Assembly (NCBI GenBank): GCA_964495745.1
Contig: CAZBYM010000001.1
Location: 1-32,911, forward strand
Direction: 5' to 3'
From: an uncultured Chryseobacterium sp.
GTDB taxonomy: Bacteria; Bacteroidota; Bacteroidia; Palsa-965
Length of the DNA stretch: 32,911 bases
The position numbers and the translations under genes are program-made. Positions 1-7,541 of this stretch are shown piece after piece (positions within the stretch are counted from its first letter, which is position 1; each line of letters starts with the position of its first letter). The notes under the pieces were generated by a model. It searched no databases and was not told the DNA's origin. It saw only the letters and a list, made by a program, of their open reading frames with translations.

Positions 1-867
1 CAAGAACCATGCTTAAATCGGCTTGTTCGGAAACGATGATTGCATTATTTCCTCCAAGTACAAGAATTGATCTTCCGAAACGTTGAGCAGTGGCTCCTGC
101 AACAATTCTTCCGATACGTGTTGACCCGGTGAAAGAAATTAATGGCACGCGCGAATCATTATTCATCATGTCGCCCACCGGATTTCCGATCAACACACAA
201 CTCACTCCTTCAGGTACGTTATTGTCTTTTAGTACAGAAGCAATAATATTCTGACACGCAACCGCGCACAACGGAGTTTTTGAAGAAGGCTTCCAAACGC
301 AAACATCTCCACATACCCAAGCGAGTGAAGCATTCCACATCCAGACTGCTACCGGAAAATTGAACGCAGAAATAATTCCTACAACTCCAAGCGGATGATA
401 TTGTTCGTACATCCTGTGCTTCGGACGCTCACTATGCATTGTCAATCCATAAAGTTGTCTTGAAAGTCCAACAGCAAAATCACAGATGTCAATCATCTCT
501 TGCACTTCGCCCAATCCTTCCTGAAGTGATTTTCCCATTTCATATGAAACAAGTTGTCCCAACGGATGTTTGTATTCGCGAAGTTTATCACCAATCTGAC
601 GAACAACTTCACCGCGTTTTGGAGCAGGCATCATTCGCCATACTTTGAATGCTTCTGTGGCAGCGATCATCACTTTCTGATAATCATCTTCACTTGCCTG
701 ATTTGTACTGCCAATAAATTGACCGTCTGCAGGAGAAAAAGATTCAACCACTTTCCCTTTCGTGTTCCAGTGTATTGTTCCGGTTGAGGCGCCAAAATTC
801 GTCTCGCCAATTCCTAGTTGCTTCAGCGCTTTCGCGATTCCGAACTGATCTGTCATTACCTGCGTCA
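1..867 (-). CDS. Aldehyde dehydrogenase of the ALDH7 / alpha-aminoadipic-semialdehyde (piperideine-6-carboxylate) dehydrogenase type. The 3' end runs off the window. There is an apparent 1-nt frameshift near codon 10.
   Basis: My own minus-strand translation (codons 2-4 ... 836-838) reads IAKALKQLGIGETNFGASTG..PAPKRGEVVRQIGDKLREYKHPLGQLVSYEMGKSLQEGLGEVQEMIDICDFAVGLSRQLYG..PLGVVGIISAFNFPVAVWMWN..VWKPSSKTP..ISFTGSTRIG..LGGNNAII and stays open to position 1. The nearby ATGs (865-867, 853-855; MTQVMTDQF) are in a different frame. The ORF is absent from the supplied track because it has no stop inside the window. Confidence 0.8.
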
Positions 868-891
868 TAGTTAATTGAAATATAGGGGGCA

Positions 892-899
892 CAAATGTA
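892..899 (-). promoter_or_regulatory. Bacteroidota-type -7 box TAnnTTTG (tacatttg) for the aldehyde dehydrogenase gene
   Basis: The minus strand reads ctacatttgtg about 25 nt upstream of the ATG at 867, a perfect match to the TAnnTTTG consensus. Confidence 0.4.
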
Positions 900-1146
900 G
901 ATAATTTACTTCCTATGGATGATACTTTTCGTAAGAGAAAAGCGCTCACCTGTCGAATCCTTCATTTGTATACGTCGAAATTCAGGCAGAAAATACATGT
1001 AATAGATAGAATACCTGATTACAGTATATGAAAGCCGCATTATGTGCGATAGTTTGGAATCACACATAATTACTCACAAGGGAAAAGGCGGTAACATAGG
1101 CCTTGCGGAGAGCGGGTAGCTGCGGCGGGAAAACTACTTGTGTCAT

Positions 1147-1177
1147 CCAAAAAAGCCAGTGCAGAAGTGCGTGCACT
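1147..1177 (-). terminator. Candidate intrinsic terminator for the rseP / 275-aa gene pair
   Basis: Minus strand: agtgca-cgcacttc-tgcact (6-bp stem) followed by ggcttttttgg, about 100 nt after the stop at 1278. The stem is short, so this is weak. Confidence 0.3.
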
Positions 1178-1277
1178 TAACAAAAATGAACGAATCACCG
1201 AGTCCTACATTGTAGAAAAAATTCTGTAGTAAGTGTTGCATTGTTTTTAACAGGAAGTACACGAAGTTGACAACCAA

Positions 1278-2105
1278 CTATTTTTTCGGAATCAGAGCCG
1301 TGCTAAACTTTGTATACACCGCCTTGCCGATAGTCGCAAAAGCGCCATCAATAATTTTTTTCGGTGTATTAATTGTATTGGCAAACTGTCCTTTTGTTTT
1401 TCCCATTGCAACTCGCAATCCTGAAGTTGCATTAAAAATGGTCCAATGCAATGAAGCGCTTCGCTTGTAATCGGTGTTGTTGTTTGTGTTGTACGGATCG
1501 CTTCCAAGATCGTCTTGCAGATCGAGTTGATTCAGAAAAACAACGTACTCGCAATTGTAGATTTTTTTCAGATGTGCGAGAAGATTTGGACTCAGGATAA
1601 GTGTGTTCATGAACTTCTCTCCTTCCGCTTGCTCTACTTGCACTTGTCCGTTTTTTATTCCGGTTGTAGTTTGCGATGCAGCACCTTTCAATTCTTTTTT
1701 CGGCGCTGGTTCCGGATTTAGCGGAGCGTTCACCGAAATATATTCTGTAGAAGTAAAGTTGTACGTGTACATCAGATCTACTTTCATTTTCGCTGTGTCA
1801 TCTAACAAAGAAATCACGTTGTATGTTGGCGAAAAAGCTTTTTTAAACTGATCACACATCCCTTTGCGAAGCGACTCCTGAATCTGATTGTAATTTTGTC
1901 CGGTAGTAGTGCTGATGTCTTTTGTAACATCAGAACTTCCGTTAAACATTTTCGGATACCAGGGAATAACGAGAATGGTAAGTTTTCCGTTAGTTAATTT
2001 TGGATCGGTGTTCTGAGCGGAATCGGTGCGCGTAGTAGTTTGCGCAACTACACTTCCGCCGATGAAGCAAATCATTATCAGTTGAAAAACTCCCGGACGA
2101 TTCAT
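1278..2105 (-). CDS. Hypothetical secreted protein (275 aa) immediately downstream of rseP
   Basis: Long ORF with a signal-peptide-like N-terminus (MNRPGVFQLIMICFIGGSVVAQ). It starts 6 nt after the rseP stop on the same strand. I recognised no family motif. Confidence 0.7.
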   Translation of the reverse strand: MNRPGVFQLIMICFIGGSVVAQTTTRTDSAQNTDPKLTNGKLTILVIPWYPKMFNGSSDVTKDISTTTGQNYNQIQESLRKGMCDQFKKAFSPTYNVISLLDDTAKMKVDLMYTYNFTSTEYISVNAPLNPEPAPKKELKGAASQTTTGIKNGQVQVEQAEGEKFMNTLILSPNLLAHLKKIYNCEYVVFLNQLDLQDDLGSDPYNTNNNTDYKRSASLHWTIFNATSGLRVAMGKTKGQFANTINTPKKIIDGAFATIGKAVYTKFSTALIPKK

Positions 2106-2111
2106 CGTGTC

Positions 2112-3437
2112 TTATTTGATCAGGAAGCGATATATGTCGTTTCCATTGGCCAATACGAGTAAACCTAAAACAAGATACATGCCAATTGTTAACGCACGCT
2201 GCATGAACTTGTCGCTCACTTTCTTGCCGGTTACCATTTCCCAAAGAACAAAGAGGATATAACCTCCATCCAACACTGGAATCGGCAATAAATTCATGAA
2301 GGCAAGAACGATCGAAATAAATGCTGTGATTCCCCAGAAAGCCTGCCAATCCCATTCTGAAGGGAATGTGCTTGCAATACTTGCGAATCCTCCAACTTTT
2401 GACGCGCCGGCTTTAGTAAACAAAAACCGCAGCTGCTTCATGTAATCAGTCAGGGTTTCTATAGTCTTACTCCAACCACGAGCCCATGATCCGAAAAATC
2501 CATATTCTTTCACGGAAGTTTTCAGATATGAAAGCGGATTTTTTGAAATCGCACCGATTAATCCCGCTTCGTTAGGCGTAATGGTAAGTTCCTTCCATTC
2601 TCCATCACGGATTAATCCAATGCGAACTTCCTTGTTCTTAGAACGCTGGAATCCCTTGACAAATTGCTGATAGTAAAGAATTGTGTCGCCATTAAAAGAA
2701 ATCAAACTGTCGCCAGCTTTCATTCCGCCTTTTGCCGCTGCATTGTCCGGAATAACACTGTCCAATACAAATGGAACCTGCGCCTGCACTACGTATTTAG
2801 GATCAGCAGCTACAAATTTATCGTCCAAGTTCGCTGGTAAAGTAATGTTCATTTTCTCACCATTACGATCAATCTGCACTGTGCGCGCGTCGTCGAGAAT
2901 AATTGACTTTCCTAGAGTTCCAAGATTTTCGATCTGCTTGTTGTCAACCGTGATAATTTTATCTCCGTCGCGAAGACCCGCATCAACAAGCACAGAGTCA
3001 AATGCAACTCCGTATTTCGCTTCCGAGGTTGGGATATACTCTTCTCCCCACGCCCAGAACATCATACTGTAAATGATAATTCCCAACAGAAAGTTTACGG
3101 TGATTCCACCAGCGAGAATGATCAGCCGTTGATATGGCTTTTTCGCTCTGAATTCGTCAGGCTTTGCAGGCTCATCTGGATTGTCGGCATCTGCCATCAT
3201 TCCTGCAATGTCAACGTATCCGCCAAATGGAAACCATCCCAATCCGTACGTGGTTGCTCCGATTTTTTTCTTGAACAAAGAAAATTTCATGAGGTTCCCG
3301 AATGGGAAAAGAAAATCGAAGAACAAGTAAAATTTATCCACACGCGCCTTAAACCAACGCGCAGTAATATAATGCCCGAATTCGTGAAGAATAATCAGGA
3401 ACGAAAGACTCAGAAAAAACAGGGTGAATTTTACCAC
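2112..3437 (-). CDS. rseP: RIP (site-2) zinc metalloprotease RseP
   Basis: 441 aa with an HEFGHY zinc motif in the first TM segment, a central PDZ-like region and a C-terminal NLLPIPVLDGG motif. GTG start at 3435-3437. Confidence 0.9.
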   Translation of the reverse strand: MVKFTLFFLSLSFLIILHEFGHYITARWFKARVDKFYLFFDFLFPFGNLMKFSLFKKKIGATTYGLGWFPFGGYVDIAGMMADADNPDEPAKPDEFRAKKPYQRLIILAGGITVNFLLGIIIYSMMFWAWGEEYIPTSEAKYGVAFDSVLVDAGLRDGDKIITVDNKQIENLGTLGKSIILDDARTVQIDRNGEKMNITLPANLDDKFVAADPKYVVQAQVPFVLDSVIPDNAAAKGGMKAGDSLISFNGDTILYYQQFVKGFQRSKNKEVRIGLIRDGEWKELTITPNEAGLIGAISKNPLSYLKTSVKEYGFFGSWARGWSKTIETLTDYMKQLRFLFTKAGASKVGGFASIASTFPSEWDWQAFWGITAFISIVLAFMNLLPIPVLDGGYILFVLWEMVTGKKVSDKFMQRALTIGMYLVLGLLVLANGNDIYRFLIK

Positions 3438-3461
3438 AGCTCAGATTTGTTACACAAGCGC

Positions 3462-3469
3462 CAAAGATA
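3462..3469 (-). promoter_or_regulatory. -7 box TAnnTTTG (tatctttg) upstream of rseP
   Basis: The minus strand reads gttatctttggcg about 25 nt upstream of the rseP GTG, a perfect consensus match. Confidence 0.4.
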
Positions 3470-3666
3470 ACTAAAACAAAGGCTTGAGAATGGGGTGAGA
3501 AAGGCCGCTATTAACCGGCAATCGTGAATTACTGTTAAGAAACTGCACGATCCAAATTCCAACTTGCGAAACCACAAATTTCAGATTGACTCTTCCTTCG
3601 TGATGCGACCCCGACTGGTAAACGAGCCTTTTTCGATCTGAATTTCGGGGGCACTCGGCATTTTTC

Positions 3667-3708
3667 CCGTAATTCGAAAGTTAGACTTTAGAATTACGGT
3701 ATTATTTT
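3667..3708. repeat. 42-nt direct repeat, copy 1 (interrupted hairpin plus tattatttt tail), left flank of the ATPase gene
   Basis: Sequence ccgtaattcgaaagttagactttagaattacggtattatttt. It is 39/42 identical to 4903-4944. Outer stem ccgtaattc/gaattacgg, inner stem aaagt/acttt. Confidence 0.9.
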
Positions 3709-3709
3709 A

Positions 3710-3717
3710 TACATTTG
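3710..3717 (+). promoter_or_regulatory. -7 box TAnnTTTG (tacatttg) ending 4 nt before the ATPase ATG, implying a leaderless or near-leaderless mRNA
   Basis: The sequence reads tatacatttggtcaATG. It is a perfect consensus match sitting between repeat copy 1 and the start codon at 3722. Confidence 0.4.
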
Positions 3718-3721
3718 GTCA

Positions 3722-4900
3722 ATGATAGATCGCATTTATACTCCGCAACTCAAAAAACTCCTTCGGCTCTTTCCCGCAGTTGGACTTATTGGTCCGCGCC
3801 AATGCGGGAAGACCACGCTTGCTTTGCAGATGAAGAAAGATCTGCATGGAAAAGCTGTCTATTACGATCTTGAAGATCCTGCCGATAACAGCAAATTCGA
3901 CAATCCATTGCTGATCCTGAATCAACCGGATGCTAAAACCATCATTATCGATGAAATTCAGCGCCGACCAGAACTTTTTGCAATTCTCCGATCGGTGATC
4001 GACAAAAAAAGAAAACCCGGGCGGTTTCTTTTGCTTGGTTCTGCATCCCCTGAAATGATTCGTGGTGCTTCTGAATCTCTTGCAGGAAGAATCGCATACA
4101 TCGAAGCAACACCCTTTCTGTTTTCAGAGTTGTTTTCAATGGCTGACTCAGAAAACAAAAATTGGTTGCGCGGTGGATTTCCAGGAGCTTTGCTTGCAAG
4201 AAGCAATAACGACGCAAGAGCGTGGATGACCGCTTTCACGCGAACGTTCATTGAGCGCGATTTAAATACCCTGTTCGGAACTACATTCGAGCCCGCACTC
4301 ATGTTTCGTCTCTGGCGTATGCTTGCGCATCAGCACGGACAAATCTGGAATGCCGCTTCATTCTCAAAAGGTCTTGATACGAGTTCCGTAACCATAAATC
4401 GATACACGGATTATCTCGTTGGAGCATTCATGCTCCGCAAGCTCGAGCCGTGGCACGTAAATTCCCGGAAACGTCTTACAAAAAGTCCGAAGATTTACCT
4501 CCGCGATTCAGGGCTGCTTCATCATCTGCTTGGAGTTTACGATCGCAATACGCTGCTGAATCATTCTTCCATCGGCTATTCTTGGGAAGGCTTTGTTGTA
4601 GAACAGATTTGCGCCCTCTTGCCTGATACAATTCATCCGTTCTTTTATCGCACACACGATGGGGCGGAAATGGATCTTGTTTTGGTGAAAGGCATAAAAC
4701 CTGTTGCGTGTATTGAAATCAAGCTTACAACATCACCTTCTGTCAGCCGCGGAATGTCGCAAAGCATCGCTGACATGGGATGCAAAAGCAATTTCATCGT
4801 CACGCCAGGCACATACGCAGGATGGAAAATCCGGAAAGATATTTTCGTTTGCGGTCTGCAGGAATTCCTCGAAAAACATGTTTTGCCGGACAAATATTAA
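3722..4900 (+). CDS. AAA+ ATPase with a C-terminal DUF4143 / PD-(D/E)xK-like domain (COG1373-type)
   Basis: 392 aa with a Walker A motif GPRQCGKTT and a Walker B-like IIIDEIQ. The C-terminus THDGAEMDLVLV..ACIEIKL fits the D..ExK nuclease-fold pattern typical of this family. It is the only + strand gene between minus-strand neighbours. Confidence 0.85.
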   Translation: MIDRIYTPQLKKLLRLFPAVGLIGPRQCGKTTLALQMKKDLHGKAVYYDLEDPADNSKFDNPLLILNQPDAKTIIIDEIQRRPELFAILRSVIDKKRKPGRFLLLGSASPEMIRGASESLAGRIAYIEATPFLFSELFSMADSENKNWLRGGFPGALLARSNNDARAWMTAFTRTFIERDLNTLFGTTFEPALMFRLWRMLAHQHGQIWNAASFSKGLDTSSVTINRYTDYLVGAFMLRKLEPWHVNSRKRLTKSPKIYLRDSGLLHHLLGVYDRNTLLNHSSIGYSWEGFVVEQICALLPDTIHPFFYRTHDGAEMDLVLVKGIKPVACIEIKLTTSPSVSRGMSQSIADMGCKSNFIVTPGTYAGWKIRKDIFVCGLQEFLEKHVLPDKY

Positions 4901-4902
4901 TA

Positions 4903-4944
4903 CCGTAATTCGAAAGTTCAACTTTAGATTTACGGTATTATTTT
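4903..4944. repeat. 42-nt direct repeat, copy 2. Hairpin plus T-tract acts as a likely terminator for the ATPase gene (possibly bidirectional for dxr) and overlaps the dxr stop.
   Basis: Sequence ccgtaattcgaaagttcaactttagatttacggtattatttt. It starts 2 nt after the ATPase TAA, is followed by further t residues, and contains the dxr stop codon (4938-4940) and last codons. Confidence 0.85.
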
Positions 4945-6110
4945 TTGCCATTCTGAATGATCATCTCTGCAATTTCTCTTGCTGATTTGTCCGAATCGAT
5001 AAAGTCTTCGATCTTCTTCGGCACCGAGAAAGCAACATCCTGCATGGTCCTTTCAATCACCTCCGCAATCTGCAGAAATCCGATCTTATCATTCAGAAAA
5101 GCTGCAACAGCAACTTCGTTCGCTGCATTCATCACACATGCGCGATTTCCACCGTCTCTCATCGCATCGTAAGCTATTCCTAAACAAGAAAATGTTTGCG
5201 TGTCAACTTTCTCGAATGTTAAAGCAGGATATTTCATGAAATCAAATCGCGGAAAATCAGATTTCAATCGCGCTGGATATCCAAACGCATATTGAATCGG
5301 CAATTTCATATCGGGCAATCCCATTTGAGCTTTCATTGATCCGTCCTGAAACTGCACAATGCTGTGAATTATGCTTTGCGGATGAACAATTACATCAATC
5401 TGTTCCGGCTTCAGCGAGAAAAGCCATTTGGCTTCAATCACTTCAAGTCCTTTGTTCATTAACGTCGCAGAATCAATTGTGATTTTCGCACCCATCGTCC
5501 AGTTCGGATGTTTGAGTGCTTCTGCTTTTGTAACAGTTGCAAGTTGCTCGCGCGTCTTTCCACGAAACGGTCCGCCGGAAGCCGTCAGATAAATTTTCTC
5601 AATCGGATTTTCAAATTCTCCGGCGAGACATTGGAAAATCGCAGAGTGTTCTGAATCTACCGGATACAAATTCACCGCGTGCTCGCGAGCTGTTTTTGTA
5701 ACAAGTTCTCCAGCCACAACAAGCGTTTCCTTATTCGCAAGCGCAATTTGCTTCCCCGCTTTTATTGCAGCCAATGTCGATTTTAGTCCGGCGTAACCAA
5801 CAATTGCCGCCAGCACCATGTCCACCGTTTCCATCTGCACAACATCTGCGAGTGCTTCTTCTCCACCGTAAACTTTAATTCCTTCGTCAAGCAAAGCAGA
5901 TTTCACTTTCGCGAGTTTCGAAACATCATTGATCACCACCACATTCGGCTTGAACTTCAGCGCTTGTTCAATCAGCAAATCCGCATTGTTTCCTGCAGCG
6001 AGAATCTCCACGACAAATTCATCGGGATGCGCAGCAATAACTTCCAGTGCTTGCGTTCCGATTGAACCGGTTGAGCCGAGGATGGCGATGTGTTTTTGTT
6101 CTGAATTCAC
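4938..6110 (-). CDS. dxr: 1-deoxy-D-xylulose-5-phosphate reductoisomerase
   Basis: 390 aa. N-terminal IAILGSTGSIG NADPH-binding motif, LANKE, and the DSEHSAIFQC and NKGLE motifs of Dxr. GTG start at 6108-6110. Confidence 0.95.
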   Translation of the reverse strand: MNSEQKHIAILGSTGSIGTQALEVIAAHPDEFVVEILAAGNNADLLIEQALKFKPNVVVINDVSKLAKVKSALLDEGIKVYGGEEALADVVQMETVDMVLAAIVGYAGLKSTLAAIKAGKQIALANKETLVVAGELVTKTAREHAVNLYPVDSEHSAIFQCLAGEFENPIEKIYLTASGGPFRGKTREQLATVTKAEALKHPNWTMGAKITIDSATLMNKGLEVIEAKWLFSLKPEQIDVIVHPQSIIHSIVQFQDGSMKAQMGLPDMKLPIQYAFGYPARLKSDFPRFDFMKYPALTFEKVDTQTFSCLGIAYDAMRDGGNRACVMNAANEVAVAAFLNDKIGFLQIAEVIERTMQDVAFSVPKKIEDFIDSDKSAREIAEMIIQNGKK

Positions 6111-6290
6111 GTGGTAAAGATAGATACTGTTCCCGGTTTCCTGTTCAACGTTTCGGGGTCGCTGTCGTCGCCAAGCAAAATTGTCACATCGAGTGTTTTA
6201 TTTTCAAAAACGTATCGAGATGCGGCAATTTTGCTTTGTGCTACTCGAACTGACGGCCTATTACTTCGGCGCGAATCTAATACTCAGTAA

Positions 6291-6408
6291 ATTGTCCATT
6301 GTACGTTTGGCATTGACCATTGAAAAATGATCAATACTCATTGTTCAACAATCACTCCGTTGAACATTGCCCATTGTGCGTTTGACATTAAACAATAAAA
6401 ATGATCAA
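6291..6408. repeat. Two degenerate ~44-nt direct repeats (6291-6334 and 6366-6408) separated by a 7-bp-stem hairpin, in the dxr upstream region
   Basis: attgtccattgtacgtttggcattgaccattgaaaaatgatcaa versus attgcccattgtgcgtttgacattaaacaataaaaatgatcaa: 37 of 44 aligned positions by eye. Hairpin gttcaac/gttgaac at 6343-6365. aatgatcaa occurs three times. Confidence 0.75.
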
Positions 6409-6452
6409 CACACAACGCTCAAGTTTCAATGATCAACTAAAGCGCCCAAAAC

Positions 6453-6516
6453 TGTGAACGATGAACGAATCAACGGTGAACCGTGTACGGTGAACGGTGA
6501 ACGGTGAACGGTGAAC
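6453..6516. repeat. 7-nt tandem array (NGTGAAC, about 9 units; the last four are perfect ggtgaac)
   Basis: Units: tgtgaac gatgaac gaatcaac ggtgaac cgtgtac ggtgaac x4. The array ends on the first base of the M23 peptidase stop codon (6516-6518). Confidence 0.9.
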
Positions 6517-7382
6517 TAAAAAACAACATAATCCTGCGGATCCACCGGCGCTCCATTGTACCAAATCTCAAAATGCACATGCGGACCTGTAGAATGCTCT
6601 CCGGAATTTCCAATAATCGCAATCGGTTCTCCAGCCTTTACAAACTGTCCCGTCTTCTTGAGTAAAGCTGCATTGTGCTTGTAAACAGAAATCAGATTAT
6701 TCGAATGTTGTATTTGAATTACATATCCGTCTTCCGGATTCCATCCTGCAGAAATGATTGTTCCATCAAGCGTAGCTTTCACAGACTCATTTTCGCTTGA
6801 AGCAACATCAACTCCGAAATGCTCTTCTGCAAGATTGAACGAACTTGTAACCGAACCTTTCACAGGAGCAAAGAAAAAATATCCGCTGATTCCGGTTTTC
6901 TTCGTTACTCCAAGTGCCAGTGAATATTCATCGCCCTCTTCAATTTCATAGCGCAAGGCAGAATCTTCCGGCGAACGAGCATGATCAAGATCTCCGTAAT
7001 TCTTGGAAGTATCGGTTGGGTTTTGAATATTAACAGCCGTATCGTTTCCCTTTAAAATGTTGGTGAGATTTTCCAAATATTGTTGACGGGCCGTAGCTTC
7101 AAACATGAGCGAATCAGTTTTCTCATTCAGATCAATCATGTCTTGCTGCATTCCAACATCTGCGTAACCCGGAATGTATTCCCTAACAGGGGTGAACGCG
7201 ATCAAACTCACAACAATTGCAGTCATGACAATCGTTATCGCGGAAATTGCAACAAGTATTCCAAGTGGCGTTAGTGTAACCGAAACCCGCTCTTCGAACG
7301 TATCATCATCCATGACCACCATCCGGTAGCGAATGCGCAACCGGTCTTTCCAGGATTTCTTCTTTGGTGTTGTTGGACTCAT
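6516..7382 (-). CDS. M23 (LytM-type) family metallopeptidase with an N-terminal membrane anchor
   Basis: 288 aa with one TM segment (LGILVAISAITIVMTAIVVSLIAF). The C-terminal domain has HFGVD and GNSGEHSTGPHVHFEIW, the M23 zinc-ligand motifs. Confidence 0.85.
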   Translation of the reverse strand: MSPTTPKKKSWKDRLRIRYRMVVMDDDTFEERVSVTLTPLGILVAISAITIVMTAIVVSLIAFTPVREYIPGYADVGMQQDMIDLNEKTDSLMFEATARQQYLENLTNILKGNDTAVNIQNPTDTSKNYGDLDHARSPEDSALRYEIEEGDEYSLALGVTKKTGISGYFFFAPVKGSVTSSFNLAEEHFGVDVASSENESVKATLDGTIISAGWNPEDGYVIQIQHSNNLISVYKHNAALLKKTGQFVKAGEPIAIIGNSGEHSTGPHVHFEIWYNGAPVDPQDYVVF

Positions 7383-7472
7383 GATTTGTGAAAGGAAGTC
7401 AAATATCCGTATTTAAGGCGGTTTTCAGGCAACCATAAGGCAAATAAGGCGTCTTGAATACAGTTAATACAC

Positions 7473-7480
7473 TATTTTTG
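7473..7480 (+). promoter_or_regulatory. -7 box TAnnTTTG (tatttttg) upstream of the porW/sprE-like gene
   Basis: The sequence reads cactatttttgtcg about 60 nt upstream of the GTG at 7542, with a TTG at 7454-7456 as a possible -33 element. Confidence 0.35.
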
Positions 7481-7541
7481 TCGTCCGGGAGTTTATGTTG
7501 AGCACGACGAAACATTTAGAGTGCCGTACCTGTAGGAAAAC

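Noticed and set aside
930-965. The minus-strand string ggattcgacaggtgagcg resembles the 5' region of tmRNA; gtcgaatcc also looks T-loop-like.
   Set aside because: A tmRNA starting here would run into the aldehyde dehydrogenase promoter and coding region. No tRNA-like acceptor/T-arm pairing or resume-codon region could be built, and the flanking bases do not form a T-stem.
868-1277. Possible lysine (L-box) or other riboswitch in front of the lysine-catabolism-type dehydrogenase.
   Set aside because: The perfect -7 box sits only ~25 nt from the ATG, leaving no room for a leader. None of the conserved L-box, glycine, TPP, B12 or c-di-GMP core strings that I remember are present.
3667-4944. The hairpin repeats flanking the ATPase gene as integron attC sites (copy 1 contains gttagac, a GTTRRRY-like core).
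   Set aside because: Copy 2 has gttcaac at the same place, which breaks the core. No inverse core or integrase gene is present, and the gene has its own promoter. The resemblance is probably coincidental.
6453-6516. Tandem arrays (here and at 17560-17590) as CRISPR-like repeats.
   Set aside because: The units are 7 nt with no spacers, and there are no cas genes. These are simple-sequence repeats.
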